Assembly: GCA_900548735.1 (NCBI GenBank)
Contig: URMC01000001.1
Span: 240 to 64,239 of the forward strand
Source of the DNA: an uncultured Eubacteriales bacterium
GTDB lineage: Bacteria; Bacillota; Clostridia; Oscillospirales; CAG-272
DNA length: 64,000 nucleotides
Direction: 5' to 3'
Part shown: piece after piece, positions 9,678 through 20,400 of the stretch
Position numbering within the stretch: the stretch's first letter is position 1
Layout: each line of letters begins with the position of its first letter
The notes under the pieces: generated by a model
What the model saw: the letters and a program-made list of their open reading frames with translations, nothing else
What the model was told of the DNA's origin: nothing
The model's database searches: none
Position numbers and translations under genes: made by a program

Positions 9678-10185
9678 AGTTCCTCATTTCCGCGCCGGTC
9701 ACGGCGAAATTTCTTTTTTACAGTATACCATAACGCCGGGGCAAATGCAAGCGGCGGCACGTCTTTTTTCTGCCGGCACTGCACTGCGGCGGGAGATGTG
9801 TTATGATAATATGATGGAAGCATTCCGTAATATATAAGGTGCCTCGATTCGTAACGGCAATCCGAATTTCGTTATCGGTTGCAAAAACAACGTTAAAAGT
9901 GATCCGAGTTTCAATGCCAAAGTGTGGATGTTCAGCCGTTTTCTTTCGATCGCAATCCCCAAAGTCAACGAAAAAGGACAAAATTGTGCGGTGATGCCTT
10001 AAAAAAGAGCCAAACTCAACAGCGAGTCTGGCTCTTGGTGTTATTTGAGCATAGAAAAAGCCGAGCGATGAAACGCCCGGCTGATTCTTCTTTTTGCCGT
10101 TCAAATCGACTTTTATGCCGAAATATTCGTTAAAAAAGAACAATACGAACTCTAACTTATCGTCAGGGTTCGTATTATTCCTTAA

Positions 10186-10241
10186 TGGCGGAGAGGATGG
10201 GATTCGAACCCATGTGGGGTTGCCCCCAAACGGTTTTCAAG
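10186..10241. repeat. attL-type direct repeat: orphan copy of the 3' 56 nt of tRNA-Ser(UGA)
   Basis: TGGCGGAGAGGATGGGATTCGAACCCATGTGGGGTTGCCCCCAAACGGTTTTCAAG is identical to 32205-32260. The copies diverge at the next base on both sides. Confidence 0.9.
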
Positions 10242-10647
10242 GCATAATAACCATGCGGAATTTAAGGGATTTTAGAAGACGATACCGGACGATAAAAGAA
10301 GCTGAAACCCCAGTATTTACAAGGGCTTTCGGCTCTTTTTTGTTCGAACCTCAAAAAATCCTTGCGCCATAAGGCATAGCGATTTCTAAAAATATTTCTA
10401 AAAAATTTTTAGAAATTCTTTTAGAAATGCACCCCCGTTTGTGTGGTTCCTGTAGCTGAGTTTGATGCGGTCGTTCACTGTCACCGCACTTCACGGCGCA
10501 AATATTTCACCGCTGTAATCAAAGAGTACCGCTCCGCCAAAGCCGGATCGATAACTTGAATTTATTATAACACAAAGTAACAGAGATTGCAAAAGATAAG
10601 AATCGGCGAATTATTCCGCAAATTCAAAAATATTATTCCGAACCCTA

Positions 10648-10676
10648 TTGAATTTATGCCGAAAATGTGGTATACT
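10648..10676 (+). promoter_or_regulatory. candidate promoter of the Fic/type I R-M operon
   Basis: TTGAAT (10648-10653), 17-nt spacer, TG-extended TATACT (10671-10676), about 50 nt upstream of ATG 10729. Confidence 0.5.
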
Positions 10677-10728
10677 TATTCTGATAAATTGTATTATTTT
10701 GAGAACTCAATGTAACGAGGTATGAATC

Positions 10729-11625
10729 ATGGCTATGACGACCAAGAAAGCCGCCGAGAAATGGGGCATCTCCGACAGACGCGTCCGTACGCTCTGCGTA
10801 AACGGACAGATTGACGGTGCATGGCGCGAGGGCAAACTCTGGTTTGTTCCCGATAACGCCCCAAAACCTGCCGACGGACGTATTCGCGGAAAGGAAACCC
10901 TTCTCGCCCAAATTGAAAGAAAGAAAAAAGAACTCGACGGTCGCAGACCGCTTACCGAAGGTGAAGTGGCGCGTTTGAACGAGGACTTCATGATCGAATA
11001 TACCTACAACTCCAACGCAATCGAGGGCAATACCTTAACTTTGCGTGAAACCGATATGGTTCTGAAGGGCTTGACCATCGATCAAAAACCGCTGAAGGAC
11101 CACATGGAAGCGGTCGGTCATAAAGATGCGTTCTATTTCATCTGCGACCTTGTCAAGGATCGCACTCCCCTCTCCGAATCGGTTATCAAGCAGATTCATT
11201 CCCTCGTTCTTGCGGATAAACCGCTCGACCGAGGCGTGTACCGCAGAGTGCCTGTTCGCATCATGGGCGCAAAGCAGGAACCTGTCCAGCCCTATCTCAT
11301 TGAGCCAAAAATGAATGACCTTATGCAGCAGTACGCGACCGATGAGCGCAACATCGTGGAAAAACTCGCCGACCTGCATATCGCGTTTGAGGCCATCCAT
11401 CCCTTCATCGACGGCAACGGCAGAACCGGACGCCTCATCATCAACCTTGAACTGATGAAAGCCGGCTACCCCCCCATCGATATCAAGTTCACCGATAGAA
11501 TGAGATATTACGACGCCTTCGACCATCGTTCCGAGATGGTAAAACTCTTCGCAGAGTATCTCAATAAGCGATTGGATCAGTATTTGGATGTTTTAACTGA
11601 CGAAGCAAATGAAAGCGAGAAGTAA
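10729..11625 (+). CDS. Fic family protein with N-terminal HTH domain
   Basis: Fic motif HPFIDGNGRTGR. An internal inhibitory-helix-type motif SNAIEG lies upstream of the core. The N-terminal KKAAEKWGISDRRVRTLCVNGQIDGA is HTH-like. The stop is 3 nt before the hsdM start. Confidence 0.85.
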   Translation: MAMTTKKAAEKWGISDRRVRTLCVNGQIDGAWREGKLWFVPDNAPKPADGRIRGKETLLAQIERKKKELDGRRPLTEGEVARLNEDFMIEYTYNSNAIEGNTLTLRETDMVLKGLTIDQKPLKDHMEAVGHKDAFYFICDLVKDRTPLSESVIKQIHSLVLADKPLDRGVYRRVPVRIMGAKQEPVQPYLIEPKMNDLMQQYATDERNIVEKLADLHIAFEAIHPFIDGNGRTGRLIINLELMKAGYPPIDIKFTDRMRYYDAFDHRSEMVKLFAEYLNKRLDQYLDVLTDEANESEK

Positions 11626-11627
11626 TA

Positions 11628-14075
11628 ATGGCCATCAAAAAGAATGAATTATACAGCTCCCTGTGGGCAAGTTGCGATAAACTCAGAGGCGGAATGGATG
11701 CCTCGCAGTATAAGGATTACATACTGACACTTCTGTTTGTCAAATATGTTACCGATAAGTTCAAGGATGTCAAATATGCAGACATCACCGTCCCTGAAGG
11801 CGGAAGTTTTGACGACCTTGTTGCACTCAAGGGGAACAAAAATATTGGCGAAGAAATGGACAAGGTGATTGCAAAACTCGCTGAAGCCGAAAACAATAAT
11901 CTTCGCGGAGTGATAGATAACGCACATTTCAATGACGAGGCAAAGCTCGGCAAGGGCCAGGAAATGGTGGACAAGCTCACTGGTCTGATTGCCATTTTTC
12001 AGCGTCCGGAATTTGATTTCAAGAACAATAAAGCTGGCGGGGATGATATTCTCGGTGACGCATACGAATATTTGATGCGCAACTTTGCTACGGAGAGCGG
12101 AAAGAGCAAAGGGCAATTCTATACTCCTGCCGAGGTTTCCCGAATTCTTGCAAAGGTTATCGGGATTGATAAGGTAACCGACCCGGACACATCGGTCTAT
12201 GACCCTGCCTGCGGATCCGGCTCCCTGCTGATCAGAGCGGCAGATGAGGCTCCCATCGATGTAGCTATTTACGGCCAGGAAAAAGAGATCACCACTGCCG
12301 GTCTTGCAAAAATGAACCTTGTTCTGCACAATAAAGCAACGGGAGAAATATACGCCGGAAATACATTCTCCGACCCTCATTATAAAGATGATAAGGATGA
12401 TTCCGTGCTCCGTCGCTTTGATTTTGCAGTTGCCAACCCGCCCTTTTCGCTGAAAAACTGGACGGACGGAGTCAAGGACTACGGTAGATTTACAGGTTAC
12501 GGTGCGGAACCGCCCGAAAAGAACGGTGATTTTGCTTGGCTTTTGCATATTCTCAAATCTCTCAAATCCACAGGTAAAGCAGCAGTCATTCTGCCGCACG
12601 GTGTTCTGTTCAGAGGAAACGCAGAGGCAACCATTCGTAAAGCCATTATCGACAAGGGATATATCAAAGGCATCATCGGTCTGCCCGCTAACCTCTTTTA
12701 CGGCACGGGTATTCCTGCGTGCATTATCGTAATTGACAAATCCGATGCCGACGAGCGTCAGGGTATTTTTATGATCGACGCAAGCCACGATTATGTCAAG
12801 GACGGCAATAAGAACCGGTTGCGTGAGCGTGATATTTATAAAATCGTCACTACCTTCAACGAGCAGATCAGTACTGACCCGAAGTATGCCCGTTTTGTGC
12901 CGAATGAGGAGATCAAGGTCAAGAATGATTACAATCTGAACATTCCTCGCTATATTGACAGCTCCGAACCGGAAGATTTACAGGATATCGACGCGCATCT
13001 GCATGGCGGGATTCCGGCAGCAGATGTGGATTCCATGGAAAAGTATTGGACGCTTTTCCCGAACCTGAAAAATAAACTGTTTTCCCCTTTGCGTGACGGT
13101 TACTATAAGCTGAATATCAAAAAGGACGATGTCCGCAGCACGATATATTCCGACGAGGAATTTAACGCATACGCTGATCGTATTGATATGGCATTCGACG
13201 CCTGGAAAAACGAGGTGGACGACGGCCTGCGTAATATCAACGAATCGGTAAATATCAAAAAATACATCACCAAGCTTGCGGAAGCGCTCATTGCACAGTA
13301 TGCCGACATGGAACTTGTGGACAAGTATGATGTTTATCTGGTTCTCCTTTCCTATTGGCAGGAGACGATGGCTGACGATATCTTCATACTTATTCAGGAC
13401 GGATATGAGGCGGCAAGAGAAACCGAACTCATTATAGAGGTAACAGAGGACAAAAAGACAAAGAAGGAAAAGCAAAAGATCAAGGGTTGGGAAGGCAAAC
13501 TGATTCCCAAGTCGTTAGTCGAAACCGCATTCTTTGCCAAAGAGCGTGCGAAGATCGACGAAGCGCAGGCAATTGTTGACGAAACGCAGAGCCGACTTGA
13601 CGAGATGACCGAAGAACACACCGCGGAGGACGGCGTTCTTTCCGACTGCCTGAACGACAAGGATGCGGTAGATATGAAAGCGGTATCTGCCAAGCTCAAC
13701 GAATTGAAAAAGAACGCTCCTGACAGCGAGGACTACCGTGTTCTGCTGGAATACACCGAGCTTTGCGAGAAGGTGAAGAAATACAGCAAGATCGTTAAGG
13801 AGTTGAACACCGCGCTTGACGAAGCCTGCAAAGCGAAGTATGCCGAACTGACGATGGACGAAATCAAGGAACTGCTTGTCAACCGCAAGTGGTATTACAC
13901 CATTTTTGCAGGTATCAAAGCCCTGTATATCACCACCTCCCATGAGATCGCCGGACGCATTACCGAACTTGCCGAGCGTTACGAAAACACCCTGCCCGAG
14001 CTTGAATCGGAACTTGAGACATACGAAGCCAAAGTAAAGGCGCATCTCGAAAGGATGGGATTTGTATGGAATTAA
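11628..14075 (+). CDS. hsdM: type I restriction-modification system methyltransferase subunit (long form with coiled-coil C-terminal extension)
   Basis: Motif I VYDPACGSGSLL and motif IV FDFAVANPPFS. The ~300-aa C-terminal region is charged and helical. Confidence 0.9.
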   Translation: MAIKKNELYSSLWASCDKLRGGMDASQYKDYILTLLFVKYVTDKFKDVKYADITVPEGGSFDDLVALKGNKNIGEEMDKVIAKLAEAENNNLRGVIDNAHFNDEAKLGKGQEMVDKLTGLIAIFQRPEFDFKNNKAGGDDILGDAYEYLMRNFATESGKSKGQFYTPAEVSRILAKVIGIDKVTDPDTSVYDPACGSGSLLIRAADEAPIDVAIYGQEKEITTAGLAKMNLVLHNKATGEIYAGNTFSDPHYKDDKDDSVLRRFDFAVANPPFSLKNWTDGVKDYGRFTGYGAEPPEKNGDFAWLLHILKSLKSTGKAAVILPHGVLFRGNAEATIRKAIIDKGYIKGIIGLPANLFYGTGIPACIIVIDKSDADERQGIFMIDASHDYVKDGNKNRLRERDIYKIVTTFNEQISTDPKYARFVPNEEIKVKNDYNLNIPRYIDSSEPEDLQDIDAHLHGGIPAADVDSMEKYWTLFPNLKNKLFSPLRDGYYKLNIKKDDVRSTIYSDEEFNAYADRIDMAFDAWKNEVDDGLRNINESVNIKKYITKLAEALIAQYADMELVDKYDVYLVLLSYWQETMADDIFILIQDGYEAARETELIIEVTEDKKTKKEKQKIKGWEGKLIPKSLVETAFFAKERAKIDEAQAIVDETQSRLDEMTEEHTAEDGVLSDCLNDKDAVDMKAVSAKLNELKKNAPDSEDYRVLLEYTELCEKVKKYSKIVKELNTALDEACKAKYAELTMDEIKELLVNRKWYYTIFAGIKALYITTSHEIAGRITELAERYENTLPELESELETYEAKVKAHLERMGFVWN

Positions 14076-14767
14076 ATGATAGGATCCGGAATAGGCATTG
14101 TGGCTGTGATCTTGATTCTCATTTCTGGAAAACGAGTAACGAGTACACGGCACTTGCGTGCTTAAAATATTGCTTCGAAGAAAAATACAGACACTTAAGA
14201 AAAGCGGAAGCACCGGACTTGCAAGATGCTGAAAATTCGGTTGCTATTGAGGTAACGGATTCTGTTACGCCTAATGATGCACAAACCATTGGCGAGTTCA
14301 CAAAACTGTCGCAGGTAAACTCGGAAAAACAGAAAGAAAAATGTCGCGAAAAAATCAGTCGGAACGGAGCCAGACTTCTTGGCGACGGGATGATGGCTTG
14401 GCCATCTCGTGGTCCGGAGACGGAAAAACGTGAAATTATAAATGCCTTTGTTCAGAAACTGTCCAAAATTTCCAAGTATCGAAAAATGGGGTTTGCAAAT
14501 ATAGGGCTGTTGATTTATCATGAAAAGCCTGCTTTTTCCGAAACCATAGATAATTTCCCCGAATGGCTGATAGATGCTCAGAAAGATTGTGCAGACAAAT
14601 ATGATTTTGTTTACATATTGCATGTCGAAGGACTTCTATTTTATGATTTTGCAAATAGAGAAAAGAGCGAGATAATAATACCGCATGAGGATAAATATGC
14701 TCTCGGAAATCTCGGAAGAATGGCTGCAGAAGGTGAGGTGAAAGATGATGATCCCATATGGCTATAA
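14066..14767 (+). CDS. hypothetical protein embedded between hsdM and hsdS
   Basis: Its ATG overlaps the hsdM stop (ATGGAATTAA), and its end overlaps the hsdS start by 23 nt. It has an HCGCDLDSH cluster and a PD...IEVT segment (APDLQDAENSVAIEVTD). I recognise no family. Confidence 0.6.
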   Translation: MELNDRIRNRHCGCDLDSHFWKTSNEYTALACLKYCFEEKYRHLRKAEAPDLQDAENSVAIEVTDSVTPNDAQTIGEFTKLSQVNSEKQKEKCREKISRNGARLLGDGMMAWPSRGPETEKREIINAFVQKLSKISKYRKMGFANIGLLIYHEKPAFSETIDNFPEWLIDAQKDCADKYDFVYILHVEGLLFYDFANREKSEIIIPHEDKYALGNLGRMAAEGEVKDDDPIWL

Positions 14768-15962
14768 ACAGACCGAGGTTGGTGTGATTCCTGAGGATTG
14801 GGAGTGCGTAAAGATCAAAGATGTTGCAACAATATCAATGTGTAAACGGATATTCGCTAATCAAACAAGCACAATCGGTGATGTCCCTTTTTATAAAATC
14901 GGTACATTTGGTAAAGAAGCGGATGCTTGTATTTCAAGCAAATTGTATGTAGAGTATAGGAATAAATATTCATTTCCACAAAAAGGGGATATTTTGATTT
15001 CTGCTGCTGGTACTTTAGGAAGAACAGTGGTTTACGACGGAGAGAAAGCCTATTTTCAAGATTCAAACATTGTATGGCTTGATATAAACAAGACTAGACT
15101 GTGCAATGAATATTTGAATCAATATTATAAGGTGATAAAATGGGCTTCTTCGGAAGGTAGTACGATTGCAAGATTGTATAACGGAATTATTTACGCAACC
15201 TATATTTCTCTCCCGCCTCTTCCAGAGCAGCAACGCATTGCTGAAGCACTTTCGGATGTGGACGGCATGATTTCTTCGCTTGAAAAACTGATTGCAAAGT
15301 ATAAGTCCATCAAAACAGCTTGCCTGCAACAGATGTTTCCGCAAAACGGAGAAACAGTCCCGCGTATACGTTTGCCCGGATTTACGGGCGCTTGGGAACA
15401 GCGTAAGTTGAATGAAGTTGTTAATGTGTATGATGGTGTTCATCAAACTCCTGACTATAAAGATAGCGGAGTAATGTTCCTTTCTGTCGAGAATATCAGT
15501 ACCCTTAAATCAGAGAAATATATTTCTGAAGAAGCGTTTCAGAGGGATTATAAAGTATATCCGCAAAAGGGTGATATTTTAATGACGAGGATTGGTGATG
15601 TTGGGACTCCAAATGTGGTTGAAACCACGGAAAAAGTGGCTTTTTATGTGAGTTTAGCACTCCTTAAACCGACAAAAATAAATAGTTATTTTTTGTGCAA
15701 TTCTATCCAATCTCCTCTATTTCAGAAAGGCTTGAAAGATAGAACTTTAGTGACTGCTATTCCACAAAAAATCAATAAAGACGAAATAGGAAAAGTTAAT
15801 ATTCTTTTACCTACTTCATCACAAGAACAGCAGCTTATTGGCGATTATTTCCGCAACCTTGACAACCTTATCACCCTTCATCAGCGTAAGTTGGAAAAAA
15901 TACAGAAAATCAAACAAGGTATGATGCAACACCTGTTGACCGGAAAAATTAGACTTGTGTAA
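14745..15962 (+). CDS. hsdS: type I restriction-modification system specificity subunit
   Basis: Two variable TRD halves separated by conserved helices LPPLPEQQRIAEALSDVDGMISSLEKLIAKYKSIK and EQQLIGDYFRNLDNLITLHQRKLEKIQKIKQGMMQHLLTG. Confidence 0.9.
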   Translation: MMIPYGYKQTEVGVIPEDWECVKIKDVATISMCKRIFANQTSTIGDVPFYKIGTFGKEADACISSKLYVEYRNKYSFPQKGDILISAAGTLGRTVVYDGEKAYFQDSNIVWLDINKTRLCNEYLNQYYKVIKWASSEGSTIARLYNGIIYATYISLPPLPEQQRIAEALSDVDGMISSLEKLIAKYKSIKTACLQQMFPQNGETVPRIRLPGFTGAWEQRKLNEVVNVYDGVHQTPDYKDSGVMFLSVENISTLKSEKYISEEAFQRDYKVYPQKGDILMTRIGDVGTPNVVETTEKVAFYVSLALLKPTKINSYFLCNSIQSPLFQKGLKDRTLVTAIPQKINKDEIGKVNILLPTSSQEQQLIGDYFRNLDNLITLHQRKLEKIQKIKQGMMQHLLTGKIRLV

Positions 15963-15974
15963 AGGAGAATTATT

Positions 15975-17480
15975 ATGTCGTTGGAAATTCAACTTGAAAT
16001 TCAAAAAATTAAAAATATAAACAACTTTAAATACGCATTTTCATTTGATAAAGGAATATATGCGTTGGTGGGCGAAAATGCAGTCGGCAAAAGCACGGTT
16101 ATGTCTGCAATTGCTTCGGTGGTGTATGGGCAAAACTTAAAAAAATTAGGAGATTCTGAATTGTGTTCAGAATCAAAAGTTAAGATTACTTGCATGAGCA
16201 AAGAAAATAATTGGTCTTTTGATGAAATTGCTAAAAGACTAAATCCAGATTTTCTTGGTATTTCTTTCTATGGAATATACGAGGGTAGTGTTTTTAATGG
16301 TACAAGATTTGAGGATATGAAAAATCTTGACGATCTAATTAGCGATCCCTCTTTCATCGATCAATTGGTGCCAGCAACAGATGATTTAAAAGCCGCTTTA
16401 AGTCAAATTTTACATGGAGAAAAAGGTCATTACCAAGAACTGTATAAATTAAAAACTATGGATATTGCAAGAAGGTATGGCCTTGGAAATATACCCTATT
16501 TCTTAAAATTGCCCAGTGGTAAATATATAAGTAAATATAAAATGAGTTCTGGTGAATGCATGTTGATTTCATTACTAAATTTTATAAATTCGACTGCGTT
16601 AAACCCAAGACAGATCAAACACAAACATAAAGTAACAAGCGACCGTTTGTTTGTTTTCATTGACGAAGTGGAATTGGCGTTGCATCCGAGTTCTATTGAC
16701 CGTTTGTTGGAGTATATGTTAAATATGATACAACAAAAGGAACTAACTGTTTTGTTTTCTTCTCATTCGTCAGAACTAATCCGAAAGATAAATCCTCGTA
16801 ATATTTTTTATATGAAGAATGAGGCAGGAACAGCAAAAATAATTTCTCCATGTTATCCTCAATATGCCATTAGGAGCTTGTATAATCATGATGGATATGA
16901 CTGTACTATACTTGTCGAAGATAAAGTCGCCGAGCTGATAGTTAGAAAACTTATTGCAGATTATAGAACAAATAATAATCTCTTAATTAACGTTTTGCCC
17001 GTTGGCAGTTGGAGCAATACATTAGAACTTCAAAAAAATTTTTGTGAGCAAAATATTCTTGGTCGAGATAAATTTACATTTTCAATTATTGATGGAGATG
17101 TAAAAGATGAGGTAAACAAAAATACAAGTTACAAACCTTTGAAAAAACTATTTTTGCCAATTAAAAGTCTTGAAAAGTATCTATATGAAAAGATACTTAT
17201 AGAAAATAATGAGAATTTTATAAGATATTTTGGTAATCGATATTTTACATTAACATCATTTGATGAAGTTGTCAAAGAATGTAGGGGCAATACATATGTA
17301 ATGGAAGATAAAAGCGGTAAAGCTCTATATGAAGTAATTATTAAAAAACTTTCTGCAGAGAGAGTCGATGAGGAAACTTTAGTTAGAGATTTTAGTGAAT
17401 ATCTTTTTGAAAAGGAAAAGTTTGCGTCTCTACAGAGTAATATAGAAAAATTTATTAATGAGAATTTTACGAACAGATAA
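15975..17480 (+). CDS. ABC/SMC-type ATPase fused to a Toprim-like (OLD/DUF4435/RloB-like) domain
   Basis: Walker [10 protein letters not shown], signature-like MSSGE, Walker [16 protein letters not shown]-loop FSSHS. The C-terminal part has [10 protein letters not shown] (Toprim Glu strand) and [11 protein letters not shown] (DxD). SD AAAGGAG lies upstream. Confidence 0.65.
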   Translation: MSLEIQLEIQKIKNINNFKYAFSFDKGIYALVGENAVGKSTVMSAIASVVYGQNLKKLGDSELCSESKVKITCMSKENNWSFDEIAKRLNPDFLGISFYGIYEGSVFNGTRFEDMKNLDDLISDPSFIDQLVPATDDLKAALSQILHGEKGHYQELYKLKTMDIARRYGLGNIPYFLKLPSGKYISKYKMSSGECMLISLLNFINSTALNPRQIKHKHKVTSDRLFVFIDEVELALHPSSIDRLLEYMLNMIQQKELTVLFSSHSSELIRKINPRNIFYMKNEAGTAKIISPCYPQYAIRSLYNHDGYDCTILVEDKVAELIVRKLIADYRTNNNLLINVLPVGSWSNTLELQKNFCEQNILGRDKFTFSIIDGDVKDEVNKNTSYKPLKKLFLPIKSLEKYLYEKILIENNENFIRYFGNRYFTLTSFDEVVKECRGNTYVMEDKSGKALYEVIIKKLSAERVDEETLVRDFSEYLFEKEKFASLQSNIEKFINENFTNR

Positions 17481-17495
17481 TTTGGAGGTAAAATA

Positions 17496-20400
17496 ATGCC
17501 CCACATTGACCAAGTAGAAAAAGCAACACAAAATCGTGTTATCAAGTTTTTTGTAAACAATCTCCATTATACATATTTTGGCGACCTGCATGACAGCGAA
17601 AACAGCAATATCATGCAGGAGCGTCTCTATGCCTATTTGACGGGAAAGGGCGGTTATTCGGACAAGCTGGCTCTTCGTTCCATTGACGAACTTGTCCGCA
17701 CGGCAGGCAACCTCCAGCGCGGATTGTACGATGCCAACAAACAGGTGTACTGTCTGCTTAAATACGGGGCAAAGATTTCCGAAGAAGCCGGTGAAGCTCC
17801 GAAAACGGTCTTTTTTATCAATTTTGAGAATCCTGCAGAAAATGATTTTGCCATTGCCGAAGAGGTCACAGTCGTCGGCAACAATACAAAGCGCCCCGAT
17901 CTTGTCGTGTATGTAAACGGAATTGCGCTCGCCGTAATAGAACTCAAACGCAGCAGCGTTTCGGTCTCCGAGGGAATCAGGCAGAACCTAACCAACCAAA
18001 CAGCGCATTTTATCGAAAATTTCTTTACCACGGTACAATTCTGCATGGCGGGAAACGACAGCGAGGGCTTGCGCTACGGAACACTTCTCACTCCCGAAAA
18101 GCATTATTATGAATGGCAGGATGACGGTTTTGGCGAATTCCCGGAAGAAAGGAATGAAACCGATGTGCTGATTGAAGAAAAAAGCAAGGCGATTGAACAT
18201 CCTTTGGACAAGCAGCTTTATGCTATGTTCTACAAAAAGCGTTTTCTTGACCTGATCCACAACTTTATCATTTTTGATAAGGGTATTAAAAAGGTTTGCC
18301 GCTACAATCAGTATTATGCCATCAAGCGTGCGCAGTACCGTTTAACCGAAGAAAAACGCGGCGGCATCATCTGGCACACACAAGGCAGTGGAAAGACTCT
18401 TACTATGATATGGCTGTCCAAGTGGCTTCTTTCAAACAACCCGAATGCCCGTGTTTTGATTGTAACCGACCGTGAGGAACTCGACGATCAGATTGAGAAA
18501 GCATACAAGGGCGTTGATGAAACCATTGTGCGCACCAAAAGCGGCGATGATCTTGTGAAGCGTTTGAATGCCTTTGATGACCGTTTGATCTGCTCTTTGA
18601 TTCATAAATTCGGCAAAAAGGGCGGCGATGTGACCGAGAAGGATATTGACAAATATATTGAGGAAATCAAGACAGCATTGCCCGAAAACTATTGTGCCAA
18701 GGGAGACTTCATCGTATTTGTGGACGAATGCCACCGCACGCAGTCGGGCAAACTCCATGCCGCCATGAAAACGATTATTCCAAACGGTATTTTTGTCGGT
18801 TTCACAGGTACACCCCTGCTTAAAAAAGACAAAAAGACAAGTCTTGAAACCTTTGGCGGGTATATTCACACCTATAAATTTGATGAGGCGGTACGCGACG
18901 GCGTTGTGCTCGATCTTCGCTATGAATACCGTGATATTCCGCAGGAGATCAAGTCCCAGGACAAGATAGACACATGGTTTGAGGTCAAGACAAGAGGTCT
19001 AACCCCTCGCGCACAGGCAAGGCTGAAATCCATGTGGGCAACGATGCAGAAGGTATTTTCCTCACGCTCTCGCCTGGAAAAAATTGCGCTTGACATTCAA
19101 TTTGACTTTGAAACAAAACCTCGCCTGATGGATGGCAACGGAAATGCAATGCTTGTTGCCGGCTCGGTTTACTCCGCTTGCAAATACTATGAGATTTTTC
19201 AGCAGATCGGCTTCAAAAAGTGTGCAATTATCAGTTCATATGAACCGCAGGCAGGTGACCTGCGCACGGATACGGTAAGCGATGATGAAGAAACCGAAAC
19301 ATTTGAAAAGTACGATATTTATAAGAAGATGCTCGGCGGTCAGAGCGTAGAAGATTTCGAGAAAGAAGCAAAGAGAAAGTTTGTCGAAGAACCGGCAAAT
19401 ATGAAATTGCTCATCGTAGTTGACAAACTTCTTACTGGTTTTGACGCGCCTCCCTGCACGTATCTCTACATTGACAAAGCGATGCACGACCACGGTTTGT
19501 TCCAGGCGATATGCCGCGTTAACCGCCTTGATGGCGAAAGCAAGGATTTTGGTTACATTGTAGACTATAAGCAACTTTTCGGAGATCTTGCCGATGCTAT
19601 AAATACCTATACATCTGGTGCATTTGAGGATTATGATGCTGAAGATGTTGAGGGACTCCTGAAAGACCGTACCGAAGAATCCAAGAAATATTTTCTTGAA
19701 ACGATTGACGCTTTGGACGAACTATGTGAAGGCGTTGCTGTTCCAAAGACAGAACTGGATTATATTCACTATTTTTGTGGTGAAAACGGCGTTGATCCCG
19801 ACAATGATGAGGCTTTTGCCCGCAGCCGCGAAAAACTGTACAAGCTCGTCTCCCGTCTGATTCGTGCATATGCCGAATTCAAGCCAAGAATGGATGATGC
19901 AGGATTCTCCGCAACAGAGCAATCCGGATTTGAGAAGCGTGTCAACACATATATCAAACTTCGAGAGGTAATCGGTCGGGCAAGTGGTGACTTCTTGGAT
20001 TTCAAGCAGTTTGAACCGGGTATGCGCTATCTGATCGATAACTACATTGTTGCCGACGATGCGGAAAAGATTGCTATCTTTGATGATTTCACGCTTCTTG
20101 ACTTCATTTTGGCACAAGAAGATAAGCTGAATCAGGACGGCGAAAGTAAGGAACAAGAAAGTGCTGCGGAAGCAATTGAGAACAATATTCGTAAAAAGGT
20201 TGTTCAGAAGATAGTAATTAACCCTGCGTATTACAGTAAGATGTCCGAAGTCCTTGAACAGTTGATTCTTGATCGAAAGCGTGGTGTGATTGCATACAAA
20301 CAATTGCTTGAGCGTTATCTGGAACTTGCCAAGAATGTAAGCACTCCCGAAGAAAACGCACGCTATCCTGAGTCTATTCGCAAGAGCGGGGCGATGAGAG

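Noticed and set aside
9718-10143. 141-aa minus-strand ORF in the spacer left of attL.
   Set aside because: It has no SD, spans several terminator-like hairpins, has odd composition, and overlaps the promoter region of the upstream gene. It is probably non-coding and may be decayed remnant DNA.
11628-14075. The 815-aa length of HsdM as an anomaly or gene fusion.
   Set aside because: The extra ~300 aa are a continuous charged helical extension after IPRYIDS..., with no second enzymatic motif. Long-form HsdM proteins of this kind exist, so I did not treat it as novel.
14745-15962. Phase-variable hsdS shufflon.
   Set aside because: I looked for extra hsdS fragments, inverted copies of the conserved hsdS helices, or a nearby invertase, and found none. 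There is a single intact hsdS.
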